A DNA stretch of 64,000 bases. It comes from a virus. Shown here piece by piece: positions 53,030 through 61,948 of the stretch. A model generated the notes under the pieces. That model was not told where the DNA came from, did no database searches, and worked only from the letters and a program-made list of their open reading frames with translations. Each line of letters begins with the position of its first letter. The stretch's first letter is position 1. The stretch lies in IMG/VR virus record IMGVR_UViG_3300045988_183134, positions 124,565 through 188,564 of that record; one strand, written 5' to 3'. The position numbers and the translations under genes are program-made.

Positions 53030-54175
53030 CTACGCGGGATAGAGCCCTAATAATCCTACAGTGCGAATGTTAATGGCAGCATTGTGGTCACGGTTGTGTG
53101 TGGTTCCACAAGCGCTGCACGTCCAGACACGGTCGGCAAGTGTGAGGTCGTCTTTTATAAAGCCACACACGCTGCATGTCTTGCTGGATGGATACCACTT
53201 ATCGATTTTGGCAAAGGTCTTTCCCTGCGATGCGAGCTTATACTCCAACATCGTGCGAAACATACCGAAGCCATTGTCGTTAGTGGATTTCCCTAACTTC
53301 AGAGAACCGGCCAAACCGCGCAAGTTGATATCTTCTACGAATACGGCATCATACTGTTTGGCTATCGCAGTACTTACCGTATGACAGAAGTTCTTGCGCT
53401 GGTTGGCGGTATGTTCCTGAAGAACTCGAACTCTATAAAGCTGTTTGTCATAGTGATGAGAACCAAACTGCATACGGGACAGCCTGCATTGTGCCCTTGC
53501 GAGTTTTGTTTCACTCTGACGGTAGAATCTTGGATAGTTGGCCACGTTGCCGTTGCTGTCAACATAGAAGTCGTGAGAGGAGTAATCCAGCCCAAGAGAA
53601 GTTTCTTTAGTAGGCTTGATGGGCTGAATGTCTTTCTCAAACTCATACAGCAGCGAAATGAAGTATTTGCCGCTGCAAGTACAGCTTACGGTAGCGCTTT
53701 TCAGCACCCAGTTGGCTTCCGGCTCACGATGTCTTTTCACTTTCACATCGCCAACTTTTGGCAAATGAACAAGATTTCCAACAACATAAATCGTGTCTTT
53801 GATTGTACCGTCCTTACGGCACGTCTTTTGGTTGTTTGTTGTATAAGACATCTTGCTTTTGCGCTTGCTCTTGAGTTTGGGGGCACCACAACTTTTAGGG
53901 TCTTCTCGATGTTTTTTACGTGCTTCTTTCAAATCAAGCTGCGTGTTGGCAAGCGCAAGGCTATCCACTTCTTTCAGAAACGGAAATTCCTTTTTGTATT
54001 TAGCAGGAGTAGGAATAAAAAACTTTCCTGCTTCATTCAAAAATTGCTGTGCATCCATCAACATATGATTCCAAACAAAGCGAACGCAGCCGAAGGTTTT
54101 AGAAAGCAATACCTGCTGCTCGGGTGTAGGATATGCGCGATACATAATTGCTCTATTTAATTTTTGCACAGGCAT
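53030..54175 (-). CDS. tnpB: Canonical TnpB RNA-guided nuclease (381 aa)
   Basis: MYRAYPTPEQQVLLSKTFGCVRFVWN, LGLDYS (D), VFVEDINL (E), CSVCG...CSACG zinc finger and NRDHNAAINI (D). Confidence 0.9.
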   Translation of the reverse strand: MPVQKLNRAIMYRAYPTPEQQVLLSKTFGCVRFVWNHMLMDAQQFLNEAGKFFIPTPAKYKKEFPFLKEVDSLALANTQLDLKEARKKHREDPKSCGAPKLKSKRKSKMSYTTNNQKTCRKDGTIKDTIYVVGNLVHLPKVGDVKVKRHREPEANWVLKSATVSCTCSGKYFISLLYEFEKDIQPIKPTKETSLGLDYSSHDFYVDSNGNVANYPRFYRQSETKLARAQCRLSRMQFGSHHYDKQLYRVRVLQEHTANQRKNFCHTVSTAIAKQYDAVFVEDINLRGLAGSLKLGKSTNDNGFGMFRTMLEYKLASQGKTFAKIDKWYPSSKTCSVCGFIKDDLTLADRVWTCSACGTTHNRDHNAAINIRTVGLLGLYPA

Positions 54176-54186
54176 TGCTTATCACC

Positions 54187-54603
54187 TCACATACAATGAT
54201 TAGATTGTCGCTCTATATAATGAATAATGTTTTCGCTGCTTGCAGAGCCAATACTCTCTACAAAATAGCTGCCGTTCCACAAGTGGCCTTTCCAAAGTTT
54301 TTGCTTGATTTCAGGAAATTCCATAAACAAATGGCGACCCGTAATTCCTTTTAGATAAGAAACAATCGTTGTGATAGAAAATTTCGGCGGAGCCGATACG
54401 AACACATGGATATGGTTGCCATCTCCAACTTTTGCTTCAATTATAGTGAACCCTTTCTCGTTGTCTATGCTGTAAATATCAGCTACTAGGAAATCGGCAA
54501 TTTTTGGCGTTAAGACCTTTCGACGATATTTTACGCACCAAACAATATGATAATTTAGATTGTAAACGCAGGTTCTGGCGTTTACGTAGGGTCATGATTT
54601 CAT
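54187..54603 (-). pseudogene. tnpA: IS200/IS605 Y1 transposase with an in-frame TGA at codon 4
   Basis: The frame reads MKS*PYVNARTCVYNLNYHIVWCVKYRRKVL...GNHIHVFVSAPPKF...IHYIERQ. It is otherwise intact over 139 codons. Confidence 0.7.
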
Positions 54604-54804
54604 ATTGCTGTTATAACATAATTACGATATTTTTTCAAGAGCATACAGTTATAGGCAATTCATCCCCCACATGAATGAGGGGGAATTCTTGCCACGTTTT
54701 CTTAAAATGCTGGATGGTACTGTCGTTACAAACAGTATTACATTCAAATAGCTGCGACTTTTAGAACCTGCAACAAACTATTTAATCGAAAGGATGTGAA
54801 TGAG

Positions 54805-54850
54805 CAATTCCTCCCACGGCTAAAGCCGTGGGTTTCCTGCTCTATATTTT
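54805..54850 (+). repeat. Solo IS200/IS605 right-end-like hairpin abutting the next gene start
   Basis: caattcctcccacggctaaagccgtgggtttcctgctctatattttATG parallels 784-843 (gcattcctccccacc...gtcctgctccataattATG). Confidence 0.45.
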
Positions 54851-55456
54851 ATGAACAATATGATTAACTCGCAGAAAATCAAATACGCTCTCTGTGCTGC
54901 TGGCAGTGCAGCTCTTGGCCTTATCTTTGCTCTGTATACACGAAGGATTGTGCTCATTGCTGCTGGATTTTTCGTGGCCGGGTATTTTGTCGTGGAATAT
55001 CTGGGAGTTGTACAGAGGGCGAAAGACGGGAAATATGTCACGGTAAAGGCTTTGGCCGTCTCGGCTGACCAGCAGCGTGACATGACCGGCATTAAAGAGA
55101 CTTGGCGGTTTGTCCCGGTAGATGAAGAGGGAAATCCGCTTCGTGACACAGCTTCCCACGACATCTTCCTCACCGTAAAGCAAAAGGACCGTGACTACCA
55201 TATTGGTGGAACCTACAACATGCTGTTTTGCCTTGAAGACGAAAAGGGAATGAACAACGAAACGCTCGTCAGTATCGAGCAGTGCTTTCCGGCTTCCTCG
55301 ACCGCAAAAAAGGCACAGGAACCGGTTCAAGAGCAGACCGCAACGCAAGAAGTTGGCGCAAGCGTGAAGAAAGTGAACTTCCAGAACGTAACCAACAAAC
55401 CCAAGCTGATTGTGCTGGATAATCGAAACCGTAAGCAGGACGGTGATACTGAATGA
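54851..55456 (+). CDS. Membrane protein (two N-terminal TM helices)
   Basis: The hydrophobic N-terminus is ALCAAGSAALGLIFALY and VLIAAGFFVAGYFVV. Confidence 0.55.
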   Translation: MNNMINSQKIKYALCAAGSAALGLIFALYTRRIVLIAAGFFVAGYFVVEYLGVVQRAKDGKYVTVKALAVSADQQRDMTGIKETWRFVPVDEEGNPLRDTASHDIFLTVKQKDRDYHIGGTYNMLFCLEDEKGMNNETLVSIEQCFPASSTAKKAQEPVQEQTATQEVGASVKKVNFQNVTNKPKLIVLDNRNRKQDGDTE

Positions 55457-57285
55457 ACTTTCCGATGATTGTTCTTTTGTGCTTCGTGTGCTGTCTGTTC
55501 TCGTGCAGAGTAACGAAAGATAGAAGAACTCTGACGGGAATCGTGGTCATGGGTAGAACCTATAAGCGACGCTGTAAATCGCTGGAAGCGACGGCACTCG
55601 AAATCATTGTGACGGATACAGGAAACACTGCCCTTAAATTGGAAGTTCCGGGGTGCAAGGATTATGTTGCTTTGCGCCTGAACCGCCACGAAGTAAAAAA
55701 ATTCAAGGAAGCCTTGATAGCGTGCGGGAACGAGCCGATGGTCGTGACTCTGTTTCAATATAAAGTCAACGGCAAGCACTGTTATATTCTTTATCATGAG
55801 CCCGGCAAGGAAGACTCGTACCCGAAATTTGACGGCGCAAAAGAAGATGAGCTGAAAACAAAATGCCGCACCGCTCGCAACATTGCCTTTGTGCTCTATG
55901 GCTTCTCTCTTATTCTGTATCCATTAGCGTGGTGGGTATCGGTAATCCTGATAGTAGCTGCTTCCATCCTGATATACCTGAACATTCCCTTGCTGAATGA
56001 TGAACTTTGGTTTGATTCCTGCGAATTCATTAAGCGTCCGAAACAGGTAAAAGGGAAGAACTCAGATTCTGATATAGTTGCTTCTCAGGCATCAATTATC
56101 CTTGAAGAGATTTCTGAAAAATATCAGGACAAAGGGAAATCGGACAAAGACTATGAACAGCATCAGGAAACATCTGCTAAACCGACTGAAAAAGAACCGA
56201 CCAAGAATTCTAAGAAACCCGAAACATCCGCCCCGATTAACAACAACGAACCTGTAAACGTCAAGGTGAACATTCACACCGAAATCAATCCGGAACCCTC
56301 CGAAATCCTTGACGTTCTGGAAGATGAATCTGAACCTATCGTCCCTCCCGCCCCTAAATCTGCATCGGCACCAGAAAGTGCAGATGCCACGAAGCCCTTT
56401 GACGCTGCGGATATCTTTGAGCCGGAACCTGAACTGGAACCGAAGCCTGAAAAAGAGCTGGTTTTTGATTTGCCTGTGGATGATGACGATACGCGGGACC
56501 CCTTCGCTGAAGAAGACTCTGATTCCCCCGCTGGTCTTTCGTTTGACCCCAGTGGGGTTGACATGGACGATGATAAAAAGGACCCGTTTGCGGAGGATGA
56601 CGGTAACGTGTTCAATCCTCCTGATGATGTGAATGAACATGAAGAAGAGCCGGGTATGGATATGATGGACCTTGATGTCCCTGCTCTTCCTGAACCTGAT
56701 ATCGTTGACGCCCCCACATTAGAACAAGAACCATCTATGCAGGACAACGCCCCTGAAATGCCCGCAAAGAAGACGAACGCGTTCGGCACTCTCAAAGCAG
56801 CAGCGACCGAGCCTAAAGTTGAACCTCACGAATCCGCAAAATCCGTTGAGAGCCATCCGACTCAGCCCCGGCCCCAAAAGCCTGATGTTCCTCAGACACC
56901 AAAAGCTGAACCAAAAGTTGAACCGGTAGCACCAGCTCAGCGCCCAAAAGCAGACAGGGAAGCGGCTCTCGCGGGCTTTAACATTACTCGCAAGGTCGAA
57001 CCTTCAAAAGAAGTGAAGAAGCCTAAGAAACCCATCACGGATAAGCGGACGAGCACTTCAAAATCAAGTCCCAAGGAGGATTCGGCAAAGGCACCTGAAC
57101 AGAAGCAGCCATCCAAAGAGGCTCCTGCAAAATCGCAAAAGAAACCGGCAAATGAAAAGCAGCAGAATTCTGACGAACCCAAAAAGGCCCAGCCGTTTGA
57201 CCAGAGCTTCCGAAAGCGTGGCAGAGGCTCTTCCAAAAAGGCCCAGCAGAGCAATGGTCAAATCAGCTTTGAAGAACTTCATTGA
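55453..57285 (+). CDS. Large membrane protein with a long acidic/Lys/Pro-rich disordered tail
   Basis: There is a 4-nt overlap with the upstream gene. TM helices occur around FVLYGFSLILYPLAWWVSVILIVAASILIYL. Confidence 0.6.
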   Translation: MNFPMIVLLCFVCCLFSCRVTKDRRTLTGIVVMGRTYKRRCKSLEATALEIIVTDTGNTALKLEVPGCKDYVALRLNRHEVKKFKEALIACGNEPMVVTLFQYKVNGKHCYILYHEPGKEDSYPKFDGAKEDELKTKCRTARNIAFVLYGFSLILYPLAWWVSVILIVAASILIYLNIPLLNDELWFDSCEFIKRPKQVKGKNSDSDIVASQASIILEEISEKYQDKGKSDKDYEQHQETSAKPTEKEPTKNSKKPETSAPINNNEPVNVKVNIHTEINPEPSEILDVLEDESEPIVPPAPKSASAPESADATKPFDAADIFEPEPELEPKPEKELVFDLPVDDDDTRDPFAEEDSDSPAGLSFDPSGVDMDDDKKDPFAEDDGNVFNPPDDVNEHEEEPGMDMMDLDVPALPEPDIVDAPTLEQEPSMQDNAPEMPAKKTNAFGTLKAAATEPKVEPHESAKSVESHPTQPRPQKPDVPQTPKAEPKVEPVAPAQRPKADREAALAGFNITRKVEPSKEVKKPKKPITDKRTSTSKSSPKEDSAKAPEQKQPSKEAPAKSQKKPANEKQQNSDEPKKAQPFDQSFRKRGRGSSKKAQQSNGQISFEELH

Positions 57286-57314
57286 GTACAAAATTCGCCC
57301 AAACGCTCCGAAAC

Positions 57315-57343
57315 TTGCGGAAATGTGCGAATCGCGAATAATG
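57315..57343 (+). promoter_or_regulatory. Conserved promoter box TTGCGG-aaatgtgcgaatcgcga-ATAATG
   Basis: The 19-nt core is identical to 40946-40964. It lies about 80 bp upstream of the 57424 gene. Confidence 0.45.
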
Positions 57344-57423
57344 GAAAATGTTGAGCCGGTCTCCCATTTTCCAGCTCAATCGTATTATCCGTAAAATGGT
57401 CGCAAGTCAGAGGCAAGCAAAAA

Positions 57424-58218
57424 ATGAAGACTCTCAAACAAATTGTTGCGCTGCTGCTTAGTATTGCTGCTTTGCTCGCATCTATCTTTTCTCTGATGGA
57501 TGTCAAACGAAATGTTGAGCGAAATAAGCAGGCAGCAGATTTCGCAACACAGGCGATTCTTTCGGCTCAGTCATCTACGCTGTTGGAGCCGACACTTGAT
57601 GTGGATGCCAGCCGCCTTGAACTTCTTTCCACTGAGGTTCGGAACACGGAATTAACTCCCGTCAATCAGACTCTTGATGTTCAGGCTTCTATTCAGAAAA
57701 TCGATAACAAGCTGAAGAACATCCAGGAAGAAAAGAATTCCGAAAAAGAAAAGGAAGAAGAAGCAAAGGCCGAGCAGCAGGCAGAAGCGACACCGGCAGG
57801 TCCGAACTATAACGATGATAACGATTACCCGAACTTCTGCGGCCGATTGCATATCCCTGCGGCCGGGGTAGACGTTGCGCTTTATAACAACACGGACCAG
57901 GAAACCTGCAACCGTGAAGACAGCGCATGCGTTTTTCCGAAAGCACCGCAAGATGGCGGCAGCAATATCGTCGCGGATAACGAAATACCGGGCCTGACAT
58001 CCGTGACAATCGGTTCGACCGCATATGTCATCACTCCGTCTGGCGAACAAATCAATTATATCTGTGTGGATGCCTGTGACGGCCACAACGATGTGACTGG
58101 TTTTGATGCTTTGCAGAAAAATGACGGAACGGTTGTTTGGGGTTCTGCGGACCTTATCGTATATACCTGCCTGAGCGATGCCTACAATGTTCGCATTGTC
58201 TGCTTCAACCGGGCTTGA
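57424..58218 (+). CDS. Membrane-anchored sortase-like protein lacking the canonical His
   Basis: It has an N-terminal TM helix, GRLHIPAAGVDVALY, IGSTAYVITPSGEQINYICV and LIVYTCLSDAYNVRIV (a TLxTC..R-like motif). The expected GH position reads ADNE. Confidence 0.4.
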   Translation: MKTLKQIVALLLSIAALLASIFSLMDVKRNVERNKQAADFATQAILSAQSSTLLEPTLDVDASRLELLSTEVRNTELTPVNQTLDVQASIQKIDNKLKNIQEEKNSEKEKEEEAKAEQQAEATPAGPNYNDDNDYPNFCGRLHIPAAGVDVALYNNTDQETCNREDSACVFPKAPQDGGSNIVADNEIPGLTSVTIGSTAYVITPSGEQINYICVDACDGHNDVTGFDALQKNDGTVVWGSADLIVYTCLSDAYNVRIVCFNRA

Positions 58219-58230
58219 GGAGGAAATGCA

Positions 58231-59682
58231 ATGAGCAACGAAAAGAACAGCCAGAACAAGTCTGGCGAATTGAAGAAACCGCCCTATGTGACTCGGACGA
58301 ATCAGCCCTGGACCACGGTTTTTGCGGAGGACCTGAACAAGAAGAAAGAAGAGGATACTCCCGCTGAAACCAAACTCGACCTTTCTCAGTTCGTGAAAGT
58401 TGAAAAGGTCCAGGACGATAAGTTCACTACCATTCCCGCTCCCATGTCGGAAGCCGAGAAGGACAAGGCAGACACCGTGAATAAAGGGAACGTTCAGAAC
58501 GTAACGCCTATCCCCACACCGGAACATAAATTCCGTCCGAAAGGCTCTTCTCAGCAGAGCAAGCCTTCCGATGAGTTTGAAACGAAACCCGTTATGGAAG
58601 CGGCTCCTGCCGCCACTGAGGAAAAGCCTGTCGCTAAACCCGAAAGCAATCAGCAGGATGATGACAGCGACTCTTTTGTCTCTCCTTCGTTTGGTGGATT
58701 CAAGAATCCGTATGCAGATGAAGAACTGGAAGAGAAACCGGAGAAAAAACCTGAAGCGAAAGATACCGAGAAAAAAACTGTTAAGCCTAAAGTGGCTGTT
58801 AAGTCCCACAAAGGCGGCAATGTCATTCTGGGTGTCAGCTGTGTAGTTCTTGCCGCATCCGTGGTCGTTATGGGCATGACGATTGCTGAAAGCCGTAAGA
58901 GTGATTCTATCGTTTATCCGTCTACTGGAAGTACTCTGAACATCTCGGCTGATGTTGCGACGACCGACACTAATTTTGAAAATCAGGAAGCCTTGACTCC
59001 TGTAGTATCTATGACTTCGGATGGAAACACCTGGACGCTGAGTTCCTCGACTTTCCTGATTACTGATGGCGAATCCAAGGTAGCGGTCGCTGTAGACAGT
59101 GCAGACAGCATCAAGTACGATGGCGCGGCCTTGCAGTATGAGCGCAATGGAGTAACCTATCTTGTCCGTATGGTGAGCGACAGCTCTTATCTGGGCAATA
59201 GTACAATGACCGAACACGAAGACGGTGCCACTCATATGATTACCGGCATTGAAGGTATCGGGAACGGTAAAGTACTTGTTGTGATTGCTACATACGGTGC
59301 TACCGGCGATGAGAGCATCAACGATGCAGCAAATGAAGAAGTAACCGCTTTGCTGAGCAGTGCCGCACCTGCCAATGATGGTGCTTCCTTGCTGCTTGAT
59401 AATGTGCCTGCCGATTTTGATGGACGCACTTTGAGTCTGACGAATGAGCGCGTTCTGGTCAAAGATGGCGATTCTGAGGTCGTGTTTGCACCTGCATCCT
59501 ACAACGCTGATGATATTCAGTTCACGGATACCAAGCAGACACTTTCTGGTTTTACAGTTGCTCGCTCTGATTATGCTGACTCCGACAGCAGCAAGACCTA
59601 TCTCGTGGAAGGCACTGACCGCAATTTCCTGGCCGTCACGAACAATGAAGATTTGCTGAACAGCATTCTGCAAGTCCAGTAA
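58231..59682 (+). CDS. Single-pass membrane protein with a charged N-terminal region
   Basis: A TM helix is present (VILGVSCVVLAASVVVMGMTI) and the C-terminal domain is extracellular. Confidence 0.6.
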   Translation: MSNEKNSQNKSGELKKPPYVTRTNQPWTTVFAEDLNKKKEEDTPAETKLDLSQFVKVEKVQDDKFTTIPAPMSEAEKDKADTVNKGNVQNVTPIPTPEHKFRPKGSSQQSKPSDEFETKPVMEAAPAATEEKPVAKPESNQQDDDSDSFVSPSFGGFKNPYADEELEEKPEKKPEAKDTEKKTVKPKVAVKSHKGGNVILGVSCVVLAASVVVMGMTIAESRKSDSIVYPSTGSTLNISADVATTDTNFENQEALTPVVSMTSDGNTWTLSSSTFLITDGESKVAVAVDSADSIKYDGAALQYERNGVTYLVRMVSDSSYLGNSTMTEHEDGATHMITGIEGIGNGKVLVVIATYGATGDESINDAANEEVTALLSSAAPANDGASLLLDNVPADFDGRTLSLTNERVLVKDGDSEVVFAPASYNADDIQFTDTKQTLSGFTVARSDYADSDSSKTYLVEGTDRNFLAVTNNEDLLNSILQVQ

Positions 59683-59713
59683 AAATAACATTTCAAAAAT
59701 AGGAGAATACCAA

Positions 59714-60877
59714 ATGAATAAACGTAAAACTTCTTTTATCCTTGCAACTGCTCTGGCTGCATCCATCATCATGTCTGGCTGTGCATCGACTGCTGTGTCC
59801 GGCAGTGACAGCTCTTCTACTGCCACTGAAGAATCTGCAACCGTCGAGACTGCGCTGGACATTGATTACAGTGCGGGTCTAAAAAAGGACGGTCACTATG
59901 CTGGTGTCAAGGCCAAGAATATTGTTACTCTTCCGGATGACTATGACCATATGACCTTTAAGACTGAAGACCTGCACATGGAAGACGGCGCTCTGGATTC
60001 CGCTTTGCAGCAGATTAAGCAGACTTACGGTGAACACACCACTGTGGACCGCGCGGCGCAGGAAGGCGATTGCGTGACGGTGGATTATACCGGCTCCTAC
60101 AACGGCGATGAATTCCCGAACGGTTCTGCAAAGGATGCCGAAATCGTATTGGGTCAGGGATATTACGTAGATGGCTTTGAGAGCCAGATTGAAGGACATT
60201 TTGCCGGTGAGAAGTTCGATATCACTGTGACTTTTCCCGACAGCTACCCTGACACCACGGATTCCGAGGGCAACACTCTGAGCCTGGCTGGTCAGGATGT
60301 TCAGTTCCGCATCGAACTCAAGGATGTCTCTGAGCTGACCTTGACGGATGACTCTATCGTGAACTGCTTCGGCGATAACAAGTATTACACCGAGGATGGC
60401 ACTCTGGTCAATTCCGTGGATACGTTCAAACAGTATTACAATGAGCTTTTGACCAAAGATGCTCTGGGCCTTGCCATCTATAACTATATGATGGATAACT
60501 CCGTTGTTTCCGAAATTCCTCAGAACCTCATTGATGACCAGCGTGATACTTACCGCAAGGAAATCGAAGCAAGTGCCGAGAACATGGGTAAGACCATGGA
60601 CGAGTACCTGGAAACCACCGATTACGATACTGAGGATGCCTTGCTCGACAGCTACAATGACCGCATTGAAGAAAGCGTAAAGGCGTATCTGATTTTCCAG
60701 GCTGTGGCTGAAGCAGAGAAAATCAAGGTCACCGATGCCGATGTAAGCGATTATTTTGGTGATGATTCTTTGAGTGTCCAGCAGGCTCAGAAATACTACG
60801 GCGAAGAATATGTGAACCAGACGGTTCTGTACAACAAAGTAGGTGACTGGCTCACTGCTCACGCAACGATTGTGTGA
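59714..60877 (+). CDS. Lipoprotein with a trigger-factor/FKBP-type PPIase-like domain
   Basis: A lipobox is present (SIIMSGCAS). GDCVTVDYTGSYNGDEFPNGSAKDAEIVLGQGYYVDGFESQIEGHFAGEKFDITVTFPDSYP...LAGQDVQFRIELKDV matches the trigger-factor PPIase pattern. Confidence 0.7.
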   Translation: MNKRKTSFILATALAASIIMSGCASTAVSGSDSSSTATEESATVETALDIDYSAGLKKDGHYAGVKAKNIVTLPDDYDHMTFKTEDLHMEDGALDSALQQIKQTYGEHTTVDRAAQEGDCVTVDYTGSYNGDEFPNGSAKDAEIVLGQGYYVDGFESQIEGHFAGEKFDITVTFPDSYPDTTDSEGNTLSLAGQDVQFRIELKDVSELTLTDDSIVNCFGDNKYYTEDGTLVNSVDTFKQYYNELLTKDALGLAIYNYMMDNSVVSEIPQNLIDDQRDTYRKEIEASAENMGKTMDEYLETTDYDTEDALLDSYNDRIEESVKAYLIFQAVAEAEKIKVTDADVSDYFGDDSLSVQQAQKYYGEEYVNQTVLYNKVGDWLTAHATIV

Positions 60878-61063
60878 TTTCATCCCAAAAATGCTTGACG
60901 ATATATGCGAACTCGATACAATGAATATTGTACGATAGATACCATCTACTAGGCGATATATGCGCTCGTACAATTCACAATCTCGTCGTAAGGCAGACTT
61001 CTCATTTGTTTGGGGAGCCTGCCTTTTTTATTTATTAACTGTCTTTTGAAAGGAGACAAAATC

Positions 61064-61825
61064 ATGACTAACGTTAACATTTTCACCATCATCGGCCGTC
61101 TTACTGCTGATGCAGAAGAATTCACTATTGGCAACAACACATACGTTGGGTTTCGTGTTGCGGTAGACCGTGGACAGAATAAGGAGACTTCTTTTATCCC
61201 GGTTCGCGCTCCGAAGAAGTTTATCAGTGACAATCTGCGTGCAAAACTCGTCAAGGGCGCACCAGTGTTGGCCACTGGCCGCTTTGAAGCCGGCTCCTAT
61301 GATAAGGACGGACAGAAAAAGTACTATTCTTATCTGAGTGCCGCAACGATTCAAGCAGATGTCAGTGGCAACTTCTCCGAGGGCCTTCTGATGGGCAATT
61401 TGACCGCAGATGTTACGACCCGCTCTACTCAGAACGGAAATAACATTGCAAACTTGACGGTTGCCAGCAACCGTTCTTACCAGAAGGATGGGCAGTGGGT
61501 TGATGTTCCTTCCTTTGTGGCTGTCGCTGCCTCCGGTAAGCTTGCGGAATTTATTGCAAGTCATTTCCATAAAGGTGACCCTATCATGGTTGCCGGTACT
61601 TTGTCCAGCTATTCTCACAAGAATAAGGACGGTGAAAATCGTACGTTCTACACCGTATGGGCTGACAAAGCATCTTTTGCAAGTCGCGGCAAAGACACTT
61701 CTCAGAACAGCACTCCTGCTCCTGCAGCAACTCCCGCTTCGGCTCCTGCTCCTTCTGCACCGACTTACGGTGAATATGGGGCAGATGAATTCGATGCGGT
61801 TGAAGAGGACGATTTGCCCTTCTAA
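61064..61825 (+). CDS. ssb: Single-stranded DNA-binding protein with two tandem OB folds and an acidic DDLPF tail
   Basis: There are two SSB-like segments (NIFTIIGRLTADAEEF...ATGRFEAGSYDKDGQKKYY and GLLMGNLTADVTTRSTQNGNNIANLTVASNRSYQKDGQW...VAGTLSSYSHKNKDGENRTFY). The C-terminus is EEDDLPF. Confidence 0.8.
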   Translation: MTNVNIFTIIGRLTADAEEFTIGNNTYVGFRVAVDRGQNKETSFIPVRAPKKFISDNLRAKLVKGAPVLATGRFEAGSYDKDGQKKYYSYLSAATIQADVSGNFSEGLLMGNLTADVTTRSTQNGNNIANLTVASNRSYQKDGQWVDVPSFVAVAASGKLAEFIASHFHKGDPIMVAGTLSSYSHKNKDGENRTFYTVWADKASFASRGKDTSQNSTPAPAATPASAPAPSAPTYGEYGADEFDAVEEDDLPF

Positions 61826-61888
61826 TCATCAATTCTAAGCCCCGTGAGCTGTGCTAACAGGCTATACGGGCGATTACACACTAATTCA

Positions 61889-61925
61889 AGTCGAGACTGG
61901 CATTTTTGCTGGTCTCGACTATTTT
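61889..61925 (+). terminator. Hairpin after ssb
   Basis: agtcgagac-N14-gtctcgact is followed by atttt. Confidence 0.45.
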
Positions 61926-61948
61926 AATTTAATCGGAGGTAGAAAACT

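Larger units (their letters stand above)
52876..54690 (-). mobile_element. IS605-type element (tnpA with a premature stop, plus tnpB)
   Basis: The end hairpins are cccccacctaaacgtggggg (52884-52903) and aattcatccccc..gggggaatt (54657-54690). Confidence 0.7.

Noticed and set aside
54592-54594. TGA recoding (alternative genetic code) as the explanation for the in-frame TGA in tnpA
   Set aside because: Many well-supported genes in the window terminate at TGA where homology ends, for example 1537-1539 and the tnpB and iscB neighbours. The standard code applies, and a nonsense mutation is the simpler explanation.
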